DNA of 64,000 bases from Spirochaetales bacterium (GTDB taxonomy: Bacteria > Spirochaetota > Spirochaetia > Sphaerochaetales > Sphaerochaetaceae), in contig JAQYHB010000019.1 of NCBI GenBank assembly GCA_028722305.1, positions 21,421-85,420 of the forward strand. The letters are read 5' to 3'. A model generated the notes under the pieces. That model did no database searches. It was not told the DNA's origin and saw only the letters and a program-made list of their open reading frames with translations. The position numbers and the translations under genes were made by a program. Positions within the stretch are counted from its first letter, which is position 1. Each line of letters opens with the position of its first letter. Positions 26,850-35,192 of the stretch are shown here, piece by piece.

Positions 26850-26890
26850 CAACAGTTCATAAACCTTCCTGTTGTAAAATAAAACCGGGT
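26850..26890 (+). promoter_or_regulatory. candidate preQ1-I-like riboswitch aptamer (weak)
   Basis: 6-bp stem CAACAG/CTGTTG (26850-55 / 26869-74). The 13-nt loop starts TTC and ends in C. It is followed by the A-rich tail TAAAATAAAACC, then GGGT that could pair with loop ACCT. Lies 70 nt upstream of yhhQ. Confidence 0.3.
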
Positions 26891-26961
26891 ACGGGGCTCT
26901 TGCTCCGGCGACACAGCGACGTCTTGTGTCTCTCGGCTCACCGAAGGCAACGGAGTTGCTG

Positions 26962-27720
26962 ATGCCAAACGAGCTTTTGCTTCTAGTTTCCCTTTTGATC
27001 AGTTTCCTAGGCTTGATCGCCTTCTTCCGCCTCGCCGGCCGGGCCGGCCTGTACGGCTGGACCGTCTTCGTCACCATTTCCGCCAACATCGAGGTGATGA
27101 TCCTCATCCGGGCCTTCGGAATGGAGCAGACGCTGGGCAATACCCTGTTCGCCGCCAGCTTCCTGACCACCGACATTCTCAGCGAGATCTATGGGAAGCG
27201 GGCGTCGAACCGGGCCGTGGTACTCGGCATCGCCACCAACTTCGCCTTCATCCTGCTGACCCTGACCTGGATGCTCTACACCCCCAGCCCCCAGGACTGG
27301 GCGCTCCCATCGATCCGGGCGGTCTTCAGCAACACGCCCAGGATGATGTTGGCTAGCCTGATCGCCTACGCGGTCAGCCAGGCACACGACGTCTGGGCCT
27401 ACCATACCTGGTGGAAGCTGACCACCAAGTGGTCCGGCGACTTCAAGAAATTCCTATGGGTACGCAACAACTGTTCCACGCTGGCAAGCCAGCTGATCAA
27501 CACGGTGCTCTTCACCCTGCTCGCCTTCTGGGGAACCTACGGGTTCGCCACCCTTGCCAGCATCTTCTGGTCCAGCTATCTGATCTTCATCATCACCAGC
27601 CTGCTCGATACCCCCTTTGTCTACCTGGCAAGGTGGATGTATCATACGCGGATGGTACGGTCTGGAATGCATGTGGCCGAAGTAGACCAGGATGAGACGA
27701 CAAATGGCAACGGTAACTAG
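26962..27720 (+). CDS. yhhQ: queuosine-precursor (7-deazapurine) transporter, YhhQ/DUF165 family
   Basis: Polytopic membrane protein with YhhQ-type motifs (FLTTDILSEIYGKRASNRAV, AYAVSQAHDVWAYH, LWVRNNCSTLASQLINTVLFTLLAFWG). ATG 26962 lies 6 nt after GGAG. Confidence 0.85.
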   Translation: MPNELLLLVSLLISFLGLIAFFRLAGRAGLYGWTVFVTISANIEVMILIRAFGMEQTLGNTLFAASFLTTDILSEIYGKRASNRAVVLGIATNFAFILLTLTWMLYTPSPQDWALPSIRAVFSNTPRMMLASLIAYAVSQAHDVWAYHTWWKLTTKWSGDFKKFLWVRNNCSTLASQLINTVLFTLLAFWGTYGFATLASIFWSSYLIFIITSLLDTPFVYLARWMYHTRMVRSGMHVAEVDQDETTNGNGN

Positions 27721-28480
27721 GGAAACGGGTATTGTCCGCTACGCCCGCATCAGACAGAAATTGCCCCGGGAAATCGTGTTGCTCCGGGGAACGGGATGCA
27801 AGTGGCGACGCTGTCGCTTTTGCGACTATCATCTTGACGCGTCGGCAGACACCGAGGCGAACTATCGGCTGAACAAGCAGGTGCTCTCCTATGTGACCGG
27901 CCGCTATGGAATCCTCGAGGTAATCAACTCGGGCAGCTTCACCGACCTGGACGAGAACACCATGCAAGCAATCATCGATACCTGCCGTGAACATGACATC
28001 AGGCAGGCCCATATCGAGTTCCACTGGATGGACCGGCTCAAGGTCGCTCCGCTGAAGGAACGCTTCGCCAGATCCGGCATCGAGCTTTGGACGAAGATGG
28101 GAGTGGAAACCTTCGACATTCCCTTCCGCAAGAGTTATCTGGACAAGGGGATCGACACCCCTTCCAGCTCCCCCGCCCCTGAGGACATCGCCTGCTATGC
28201 CGACGAAATCAACCTCTTGATGGGTCTTCCCGGGCAAAGCACCGAAAGCATGCTTGAGGATGTGAAGATCGGACTTTCCCTCTTCAAGCGGGTCTGTGTC
28301 AATGTGATGACGGCAAACAGCGCCCCAATCCAGCCGGACCAGAGAGTCATCCTGAAGTGCAGGGCCTTTGTCCTGCCAGCCTACCAGGACAATCCCCGGG
28401 TCGACATCCTGGCTGACAACAGCGATTGGGGACTGGGCGACGAACTGCCTTCAGGCGAGGTCGCGAGAACCGAAAGCTAA
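27692..28480 (+). CDS. radical-SAM-like Fe-S protein with a C-x4-C-x2-C motif (Elp3/TIGR01210-like?)
   Basis: LLRGTGCKWRRCRFCDYHL near the N-terminus, about 260 aa, alternating beta/alpha pattern. The start (27692 or 27704) overlaps the yhhQ 3' end. Confidence 0.55.
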   Translation: MRRQMATVTRETGIVRYARIRQKLPREIVLLRGTGCKWRRCRFCDYHLDASADTEANYRLNKQVLSYVTGRYGILEVINSGSFTDLDENTMQAIIDTCREHDIRQAHIEFHWMDRLKVAPLKERFARSGIELWTKMGVETFDIPFRKSYLDKGIDTPSSSPAPEDIACYADEINLLMGLPGQSTESMLEDVKIGLSLFKRVCVNVMTANSAPIQPDQRVILKCRAFVLPAYQDNPRVDILADNSDWGLGDELPSGEVARTES

Positions 28481-28560
28481 GCACCACCCAAAAGGCTCTC
28501 GATTGGCTACGGAGCGCCCTATACGTCTGAAGCTCTCCTTGACCTGAAGGGAACTCCAGA

Positions 28561-28590
28561 CAAATAAAATCTCCGGGGAGACCCGGAGAC
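28561..28590 (-). terminator. Rho-independent terminator of yhbY (hairpin between convergent genes)
   Basis: 8-bp stem TCTCCGGG/CCCGGAGA with a GAGA loop (28570-28589). On the minus strand it is followed by TTTTATTTG. Confidence 0.75.
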
Positions 28591-28603
28591 TTCCGTATGG
28601 CTC

Positions 28604-28915
28604 TCAGTCCTTGGCGTAGCGCCTTCGGCTGCGGTAGAGCCCCTGCATCAGGTGCTCCTCGCTGTCGCGGTAGATCAGGCCCTGGAAGCCCACGCAGGTG
28701 ACCACTTCCCCGCCAACCTTCTCAGCCAGCTGGTGGAGGATCTCCTCCTTGGAGTCCCGGTGCTGGAGCAGCTTGACCTTGACCAGCTCGCGGGTCTTCA
28801 GCGCCATGTCGAGATGGGAGGCGACGCTGTCGTCGTACCCCTGCTTGCCGACCATGACCACAGCCTCCTGGGTCTGGCCATAATTCTTCAGGAACTGTCT
28901 GAAATCACTATCCAT
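28604..28915 (-). CDS. yhbY: ribosome-assembly RNA-binding protein YhbY (CRM domain)
   Basis: 103 aa; VMVGKQGYDDSV...ELVKVKLL...GGEVV..VGF..LIYR pattern of the CRS1/YhbY domain. Confidence 0.85.
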   Translation of the reverse strand: MDSDFRQFLKNYGQTQEAVVMVGKQGYDDSVASHLDMALKTRELVKVKLLQHRDSKEEILHQLAEKVGGEVVTCVGFQGLIYRDSEEHLMQGLYRSRRRYAKD

Positions 28916-28948
28916 GGCGCCTACCTTACTCCCTTTCCGGACGTTTGC

Positions 28949-30688
28949 CTAGTCCTGATACTTCTGACGCACAAGGAAACGCTTCACTTTCATCGTTCCC
29001 GACTTGGGAAGCGGCTCCCAGATGGCACTCACGCGGGTGATCTTCTTGTAGGGCTGCAGGGTGCGGTTGACATCCCTGACAATCTCCTCGAAATGCTTCT
29101 GGATCTCCTCCTTGTAGCTCTGGGGATGGGCTTTCTGCATCTCCTCCAGATAGCTCTTGGAGGGGTAGATCAAAGCGCGCACGCCCTCGATCTTCAGCTG
29201 TTTGTCGACCGTATAGCCGATGACACAGATGGTGTCGATCTCGTCGTAGAGCTGGAACAGGTCCTCGATCTCCTCGGGGAAGACATTCTTGCCACCCTCG
29301 GTGACGATGATGTTGCGTTCCCGCCCTGTCAGGTAGAGGTACTTGTTCTTGTCCAGATGGCCGACGTCGCCCGTGTTCAGCCATCCATCCTCGGAGAGCA
29401 CCTCGGCCGTCGCCTCGGGGTTCTTGTAGTACCCCTTCATGACGTTGGGGCCCTTGATGTAGATGATGCCATTGCCATCGCTGTCAGGATTGCAGATCTT
29501 GACCTCTTCCAGCGGGAAATAGCGGCCGACGCTGGTCAGCTCGAACGCGTAGGTCGGGTTCAGTGTGGCGATCGGACTTGTCTCGGTCAGGCCATAGCCC
29601 TGCACGAAATCCAGTCCAAGCTGCTGGTACATGCGGAAGGTGCTTGCCGGGAGCGGACCGCCGCCACTGATGCAGATGCGGACCTTGTCCAAGGCGATAT
29701 TCTTCAAGAGGAATCCGAACCATTTCTTGCCCACATTGACATGGAACGTTTTCTTCAACGCGCCGCTGACAGCCATCATGCAGCGCACGACGCCGTAGAC
29801 GACGACCGACTTCTTCCTGACGCCCTCCATCAACCCGGAAAGCAGCTTGTTGAACAGCATGGGCACGCCGAGGAACATGGTCACGCCACCCTCGTGGACT
29901 TCCTTGAAGACCTGGCTGACCACCAGGCGTTTGCCAAAAACACAGCCGGCACCAACCGAAAGCGACTCGATCAGGACGGCCAGCATGGTGTAGGCATGGT
30001 GGATTGGAAGGATGGCGTAGAAGACGTCATCCGGGCCGATATCCATCTGGCTCTGGGCGATGAAGCAGTCGGAGACGAAATTCTTGTGGGTCAGCATGAC
30101 GCCTTTCGGGGTACCGGTGGTGCCACTGGTAAAGAGAATCGCAGCCAGGTCCTCCTCGGTGGGCATCTCATGCTCGACGGGAGAAGCCATGCAGTCAAGG
30201 ATGAAGGGATGGTCCGGGTCGCCCGGTTCCAGGGAAATCCTGACCAGGCCCAGCTTGCCATCCTTGTCGATGTCATTGATCCGCTCCTTGTCGACGCACA
30301 GAACCTTCAGCTCCGCGAAGGCAATCAGCTTCTCCATTTCCGAATCATGCATGGACCAGTCCAAAGGAACAGCGACGCAGCCGGCGTACATGGTCCCCAG
30401 GTAGGCAATCGCCCATTCAGGGCTGTTCTTTCCGGTTACGCCGACCATGTCTCCTTTCTTCAGTCCAAGGGAAAGCAGATAGCTGGCAAAACCCAGCATC
30501 TTCTCTCGCGCTTCCGTAAAGGTGAAGGATTCATACGTCGGAGAGAAAGCGCTCCAGCAGGTGTGCTTTGGAAAGCGCTTGGTCGTGATATTGAACAACT
30601 CCGGGAGCGTCGGCCACTGACCGTGGAACTCCGTGCCACGGAAGGCCTCCAAAAACCTCCAGGAATGGTCGTCGTCATGGAATCTCAT
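28949..30688 (-). CDS. long-chain fatty-acid--CoA ligase (AMP-binding family)
   Basis: AMP-binding signature ILFTSGTTGTPKGVMLTHKN, plus YGLTETS and GWLNTGDVG. ATG 30688 (MRFHDDD) is preferred over the track start 30793. Confidence 0.9.
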   Translation of the reverse strand: MRFHDDDHSWRFLEAFRGTEFHGQWPTLPELFNITTKRFPKHTCWSAFSPTYESFTFTEAREKMLGFASYLLSLGLKKGDMVGVTGKNSPEWAIAYLGTMYAGCVAVPLDWSMHDSEMEKLIAFAELKVLCVDKERINDIDKDGKLGLVRISLEPGDPDHPFILDCMASPVEHEMPTEEDLAAILFTSGTTGTPKGVMLTHKNFVSDCFIAQSQMDIGPDDVFYAILPIHHAYTMLAVLIESLSVGAGCVFGKRLVVSQVFKEVHEGGVTMFLGVPMLFNKLLSGLMEGVRKKSVVVYGVVRCMMAVSGALKKTFHVNVGKKWFGFLLKNIALDKVRICISGGGPLPASTFRMYQQLGLDFVQGYGLTETSPIATLNPTYAFELTSVGRYFPLEEVKICNPDSDGNGIIYIKGPNVMKGYYKNPEATAEVLSEDGWLNTGDVGHLDKNKYLYLTGRERNIIVTEGGKNVFPEEIEDLFQLYDEIDTICVIGYTVDKQLKIEGVRALIYPSKSYLEEMQKAHPQSYKEEIQKHFEEIVRDVNRTLQPYKKITRVSAIWEPLPKSGTMKVKRFLVRQKYQD

Positions 30689-30810
30689 TTGGGTACTCCT
30701 CACAAGCGGGCAGACGGTCCCGCTTACTGCTAGCCTACCAGCATGGTGGAAATTCCGCAACCATGTTCTTGACACTTTTACAATATATGTCACACTAGTT
30801 AGTTTCTACC

Positions 30811-32181
30811 ATGCCCACTCGGTTGCAGAATGCCCTGCCTTCCGATACACTGCTAGCCATGTTCAAGACCTTTCAGGAAGTCGTCTCCTTCATGGAGCAA
30901 CACACGAATCTGGAGCGTTCCGTCTCCGACCACTACACCACCAGGGCCTACCGGTTGGACCGCATGAGGGCCCTGCTTGACCATTTTGGCCATCCAGAGC
31001 GCTCATTCAAGAGCCTGCACGTGGCGGGAAGCAAGGGCAAAGGGTCGACCAGCAGCTACCTTTCCTCCGGCCTGGCGGCCCTCGGATACCGCACGGGGCT
31101 CTACCTTTCCCCCCATTTGACCGACTATCGCGAGCGGTGGATCGTCGATGGCTGCTTCGCCAGCGACTCCGACCTAGTCGAAACGGGCAATCAGATGGAA
31201 ACGGGGTTGAAAGACTTCCATTTCCGTGACGAGTGGGGCGAGTCCCGACCCACCACCTTCGAGCTGTACACCCTCTTCGCATATCTTCTCTACAAGCATC
31301 TTGGCTGCCAGTACGCCGTCCTGGAAACCGGACTCGGGGGCAGGCTTGACGCCACCAACACGGTGGACCCACAGGCGGCCGTCCTCTGCCCGATCGAGCT
31401 GGAGCATACCAGGATTCTAGGGGACACCATCGAGAAAATCGCCATTGAGAAGAGCAAGATCATCATGCCCCACCGTCCGGTTTTTGTCGGTCTGGAAAAG
31501 CCGGAGGCGATGCAGGTCTTCCGCAGCGAGGCGAAGGCGCAGGAGAGCGCCCTGACCAGTCTGGCCGATGAGCTGGACTCGCTGGAGAGCAGGACCACGT
31601 TCCAAGGCGAAGTGGTCGACATCGCCTGGAAGAACGGGACGAAAGACCATCTGGTCCTGTCGATGATCGGCACCGTGCAGGCACAGAATGCGGCGCTTGC
31701 GTTGCTGACCCTCCGTTGCTTGGGGCTGTATGACGAAACGAAAACCATCCCCGCTTTCGAGCGGAACCATCTTCCCGGCCGCTTCGAGAAGGTTTCGGAA
31801 AAGCCCGCCATCTATATCGACGGCGCCCATACCGTCAACTCCCTGCAGGGGCTTCTGGAGACCTACGATGCCCTCTACCCCGACGAGGGAGGCAGGGTCG
31901 CCATCTACGGCGCGTTGCTCGACAAGGACCACAAGCACATGTGCGGCCTGATGGCGCGCTCGTTCGACCATATCATTGTCAGCACCCCCGGCACCTACAA
32001 GAAGAGCGACATTCAGGCTATCTGGCGCATCTTCAAGGAGACCGCTCCCGCCAAGGATATCCGGCTGGTGCCGGACAACGCCGAGGCGCTCCGCGAGGCG
32101 AAAGCTCTCGCGGGAGAGGACGGATCGGTCCTAGTCACCGGGTCCTTCTACCTGGGAGGGGCGATCAAGAGCCTGCTATGA
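30811..32181 (+). CDS. folC: bifunctional folylpolyglutamate synthase / dihydrofolate synthase
   Basis: Mur-ligase P-loop HVAGSKGKGST plus FolC-like middle and C-terminal domains. Alternative start ATG 30859 (MFKTFQEV). Confidence 0.9.
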   Translation: MPTRLQNALPSDTLLAMFKTFQEVVSFMEQHTNLERSVSDHYTTRAYRLDRMRALLDHFGHPERSFKSLHVAGSKGKGSTSSYLSSGLAALGYRTGLYLSPHLTDYRERWIVDGCFASDSDLVETGNQMETGLKDFHFRDEWGESRPTTFELYTLFAYLLYKHLGCQYAVLETGLGGRLDATNTVDPQAAVLCPIELEHTRILGDTIEKIAIEKSKIIMPHRPVFVGLEKPEAMQVFRSEAKAQESALTSLADELDSLESRTTFQGEVVDIAWKNGTKDHLVLSMIGTVQAQNAALALLTLRCLGLYDETKTIPAFERNHLPGRFEKVSEKPAIYIDGAHTVNSLQGLLETYDALYPDEGGRVAIYGALLDKDHKHMCGLMARSFDHIIVSTPGTYKKSDIQAIWRIFKETAPAKDIRLVPDNAEALREAKALAGEDGSVLVTGSFYLGGAIKSLL

Positions 32182-32675
32182 GACTTTTCATCGCCTTTCC
32201 CCTGGACAGCCAGGCGGCCGAGAAGGTTTTCCAATGGGAGCTCTGGCTCAAAGGCCAATGCAGTCACGGCTCTTTCCCGCCGAAGGAAAACCTGCACGTG
32301 ACCGCCGCGTTTCTCGGCGAGTGCTCCCCTTGGCAGTGCACGCAGGCCAAGAAGCTCGTCGCCCGGTTTTCCTTTTCTCCCGTTTCCATCACCTTCTCCC
32401 GCTGGGAGTGTTTCCACGGGGACACCTACGTGCTGCGCTCTGACGCGCCAGAGGCCGAAGCGGTGGTTGCCCGCCTTCGGCTGGGGCTGGAGGCCCTCGG
32501 CCTTCCCTATGACCGGAAACCTTTCCGCCCCCACCTGACGCTCGCCCGCCATGTCGCATACCAGGGACAGCTCCCACCGCTTTCGATTTCCGCCATGTTT
32601 TCCCATCTCGTGCTCTTCTCATCGGTCGAGACCCAGGGCAGGCGCCTCTACACCCAGCTTTCTTCTACGAAATAG
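32178..32675 (+). CDS. thpR: RNA 2',3'-cyclic phosphodiesterase / 2'-5' RNA ligase (2H phosphoesterase)
   Basis: ATGA overlap with the folC stop. Two H-x-T/S motifs (LHVTAAFLG and PHLTLAR). Confidence 0.8.
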   Translation: MRLFIAFPLDSQAAEKVFQWELWLKGQCSHGSFPPKENLHVTAAFLGECSPWQCTQAKKLVARFSFSPVSITFSRWECFHGDTYVLRSDAPEAEAVVARLRLGLEALGLPYDRKPFRPHLTLARHVAYQGQLPPLSISAMFSHLVLFSSVETQGRRLYTQLSSTK

Positions 32676-32689
32676 TGTATACTGGGTTC

Positions 32690-33463
32690 ATGGACACCTA
32701 CCAGCATTTGAACGCCCAAGCATGGGATTACGAGTCCCGCAAGGGGAATTTCTGGACTGTCGGTGCCACCGACAGCCAGGTGAAGCGGGCCAAAAGCGGC
32801 CATCCCGACATCTTTCTCACCCCGGGGCATACCCTCGACCAGGGTTGGATCCGTCCCTTCCTCGGCAAACGGGTCCTGTTGCTTGGCAGCGGGGGTGGAC
32901 AACAGGCGGTGTTGCTTGCCGCCTCCGGTTGCCAGGTGACCGACCTCGACATCTCCCCTGCCCAGCTTGCCACGGACCGGAGCTGCGCCCAGCGCTACGG
33001 CCTGGAGATCGAGACCATCCAAGAGGACATGCAGGACCTTTCCTGCCTTGGCGAGCGTACGTTTGACTTGATCTTCAATCCGACCAGCACCTGCTTCGTC
33101 CAGGATGTCGAACGGGTCTACAGGGAATGCGCCCGGCATCTGCCACCAGGGGGGACGCTGATGACCAGCGCGACCAACCCCGCCATCTACATGTTCGACG
33201 AGCGCAAGGCTCTGAAGAACAAGCTGGTGGTCAAGTACACGATTCCGTACAGCGACCTGCATAGCCTGGGCCGGAAACAGTTGGAGAAGATGGTACGGGA
33301 AAACGACACTTTCGAATTCTCCCACACTGTCGACAACCTGGTGGGAGGCCTATGCCGGGCCGGGTTCGCGATTACGGGGTTCTCCACCGACTCGGCGGAA
33401 AACGAGGCTATGGACAGTTTTCTCCACGATTGCTATTTTGCCATCAGGGCACAGAAACTATGA
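32690..33463 (+). CDS. class I SAM-dependent methyltransferase
   Basis: Motif I VLLLGSGGGQQAVLLAASG and the acidic residue in VTDLDIS. A GTG at 32675, overlapping the thpR stop, is an alternative start. Confidence 0.8.
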   Translation: MDTYQHLNAQAWDYESRKGNFWTVGATDSQVKRAKSGHPDIFLTPGHTLDQGWIRPFLGKRVLLLGSGGGQQAVLLAASGCQVTDLDISPAQLATDRSCAQRYGLEIETIQEDMQDLSCLGERTFDLIFNPTSTCFVQDVERVYRECARHLPPGGTLMTSATNPAIYMFDERKALKNKLVVKYTIPYSDLHSLGRKQLEKMVRENDTFEFSHTVDNLVGGLCRAGFAITGFSTDSAENEAMDSFLHDCYFAIRAQKL

Positions 33464-34254
33464 CGGACTTGATCTGGAGAGCGGTACTTCCCGGTTCCGA
33501 GGACCTCCGGCTTTTCGCCAAAAGCGAGGAGCGGGTTTCCTACTGGGAGCGGGAAGTGGCCAGGCGATTCGGTCTCTACGGACCGAAAAGCGCGGCGTAT
33601 CAGAGCGCGGAACAGAACTTGATCCAGTCGCACGTTGATGCGTGCAACTGGAGCGACGCGCTACGGCTCGCCATGGACTGGGAAAAGCGGCACTACGGGC
33701 AGCTGACCGATGACCGCGCGGAGAATTTCCTGGCGTTGGGAAGGTGCTTCCTGGGCCTACACAAGCTCGTCGAGGCGAGAGATGTGATCTCCACCCTGGT
33801 GCGCAATACCGAACAGCCGATCTTCGGACAGTGGACCCTCTATTACCACATCCACTCGGTCAGCCTCTTCGCCGACTACATGCACACGGCGAACATACAG
33901 GCGATTGACGAGGAAACGATGCGCTATCTTGCCTTCCTCACATCCAAGCAGGGACTTGGTGATGGAATCACCTTGACGGTGGAGATGCGTCTCCTGCTCG
34001 CCCTATGCCAGGAACGGAGAGGAGACCAGGACCACGCGCTCTCCAACTACCGGCAGGTCTACCAGTTCTTCAGACAACGGGACCTCTTTCCCGCCCCTGT
34101 CTGCAGGATCGGGCTGCTTGCCCGCATCTACCGGATGCAGAAGCGCAAGAGTCTGGAAACCTCATCGATCGAGACGAGGATGTGGATCAGGAACCTACTG
34201 GAACAGAACCCCGAGCTGGAGCCTTCGACAAGGCGCTACATCGACGCGTCGTGA
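33460..34254 (+). CDS. hypothetical all-helical (TPR-like?) protein
   Basis: ATGA overlap with the methyltransferase stop. 264 aa with host-like codon usage and no recognised motif. Confidence 0.6.
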   Translation: MTDLIWRAVLPGSEDLRLFAKSEERVSYWEREVARRFGLYGPKSAAYQSAEQNLIQSHVDACNWSDALRLAMDWEKRHYGQLTDDRAENFLALGRCFLGLHKLVEARDVISTLVRNTEQPIFGQWTLYYHIHSVSLFADYMHTANIQAIDEETMRYLAFLTSKQGLGDGITLTVEMRLLLALCQERRGDQDHALSNYRQVYQFFRQRDLFPAPVCRIGLLARIYRMQKRKSLETSSIETRMWIRNLLEQNPELEPSTRRYIDAS

Positions 34255-35119
34255 GGCAAAGCGCCCCTTCAGGGCAGGTTTCGGCGCACTTCCCGCAACG
34301 GATGCACAGCGACAGTTGTCCGCTTCTGGCCGGGTTGAGATCCATGGGACAAGCAACGTGACAACGCCCGCAATGGGTGCACTTCCCCTCGTTCCAGCCC
34401 AGACGGATCGGGCTGAGGTGATTGCCCATGCCGTACAGCGCCCCGAGCGGGCAGAAATAGCGGCAAAAGGGGCGATGCACCACCAGGCAGAGCAGCAGCA
34501 AGACCACCAGCAGCAACAGCTTCCATGCGAAGAGCCAGGAAAGCATCGGTCGGAGTCCCTTGTTCCAGACGGCATACAGCAACCCTCCTTCCAGCGTACC
34601 CGCCGGGCACACATAGGCGCAGAACCAGTCCTTGCCGAAGCCGAAGGCGTCAAGCGCGAAGAGAGGAAGCAGCACGCACAGTCCACCAAGAAGAAGGAAC
34701 TTCACCATCCGTAGCGCGCGCTCCCCGGGCACCCGCCGGAGTTTGGGACCGCAGGGTATCTTGTGAAGGAGTTCCTGCAAGAGTCCGAACGGGCAAAGCC
34801 AGCCACAGACAAAGCGTCCAAGCACCGAACCGAAGAGCGCCAGCAGACCCCCTACATAGAAGAAGGAGCCGAGGTCCCTTGCGGCAAGCGAGGCTTGCAG
34901 GGAGCCCAGAGGACAGGATGTCGTAGCGAGAGGGCAGGCATAGCAGTTCAGGCCGGGAAGGCAGAGACGCTTGCTCCAGCCGGTAAACAGGCGGTTCTGG
35001 GTCAGGCCGTAGAGATAGCCGTTGGAGAGGGCAGTAAAGAACCATTGGAGCAGGCGACGACGTTTATCCAAGGCCGATACACTCCATGCACAAGTTCGCC
35101 GCCTTCTGCCAGACAGCAT
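34187..35119 (-). CDS. membrane-bound 4Fe-4S polyferredoxin (NapH/MauN-like)
   Basis: Repeated C-x-x-x-CP motifs in hydrophobic context (CYACPLATTSCPLG, CGWLCPFG, CAYVCPAG, CRYFCPLG). Two classical clusters at the C-terminus (CTHCGRCHVACP, CIRCGKCAETCP). The 5' end is problematic; see findings. Confidence 0.8.
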   Translation of the reverse strand: MLSGRRRRTCAWSVSALDKRRRLLQWFFTALSNGYLYGLTQNRLFTGWSKRLCLPGLNCYACPLATTSCPLGSLQASLAARDLGSFFYVGGLLALFGSVLGRFVCGWLCPFGLLQELLHKIPCGPKLRRVPGERALRMVKFLLLGGLCVLLPLFALDAFGFGKDWFCAYVCPAGTLEGGLLYAVWNKGLRPMLSWLFAWKLLLLVVLLLLCLVVHRPFCRYFCPLGALYGMGNHLSPIRLGWNEGKCTHCGRCHVACPMDLNPARSGQLSLCIRCGKCAETCPEGALCLTTRRCSALSKAPARGSVPVGS

Positions 35120-35192
35120 AGGGACCGCCGAGAACCAAACCGAGGACAAGCAGGCAAACGGCAAGGGCGACGGGAAAAGCAAGCCTCTTCAT
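35064..35192 (-). CDS. 42-codon ORF encoding a signal-anchor plus CMEC; probable true 5' end of the polyferredoxin gene in another frame
   Basis: Its ATG (35190-35192) forms an ATGA overlap with the TlpA-like stop. Product MKRLAFPVALAVCLLVLGLVLGGPYAVWQKAANLCMECIGLG. It ends +1 out of frame with the polyferredoxin ORF. Confidence 0.35.
   Translation of the reverse strand: MKRLAFPVALAVCLLVLGLVLGGPYAVWQKAANLCMECIGLG

Noticed and set aside
28652-30733. 693-aa ORF antisense to yhbY and the acyl-CoA ligase gene
   Set aside because: Same shadow-ORF pattern. It spans two real genes and their intergenic terminator, which no genuine gene would be expected to do.
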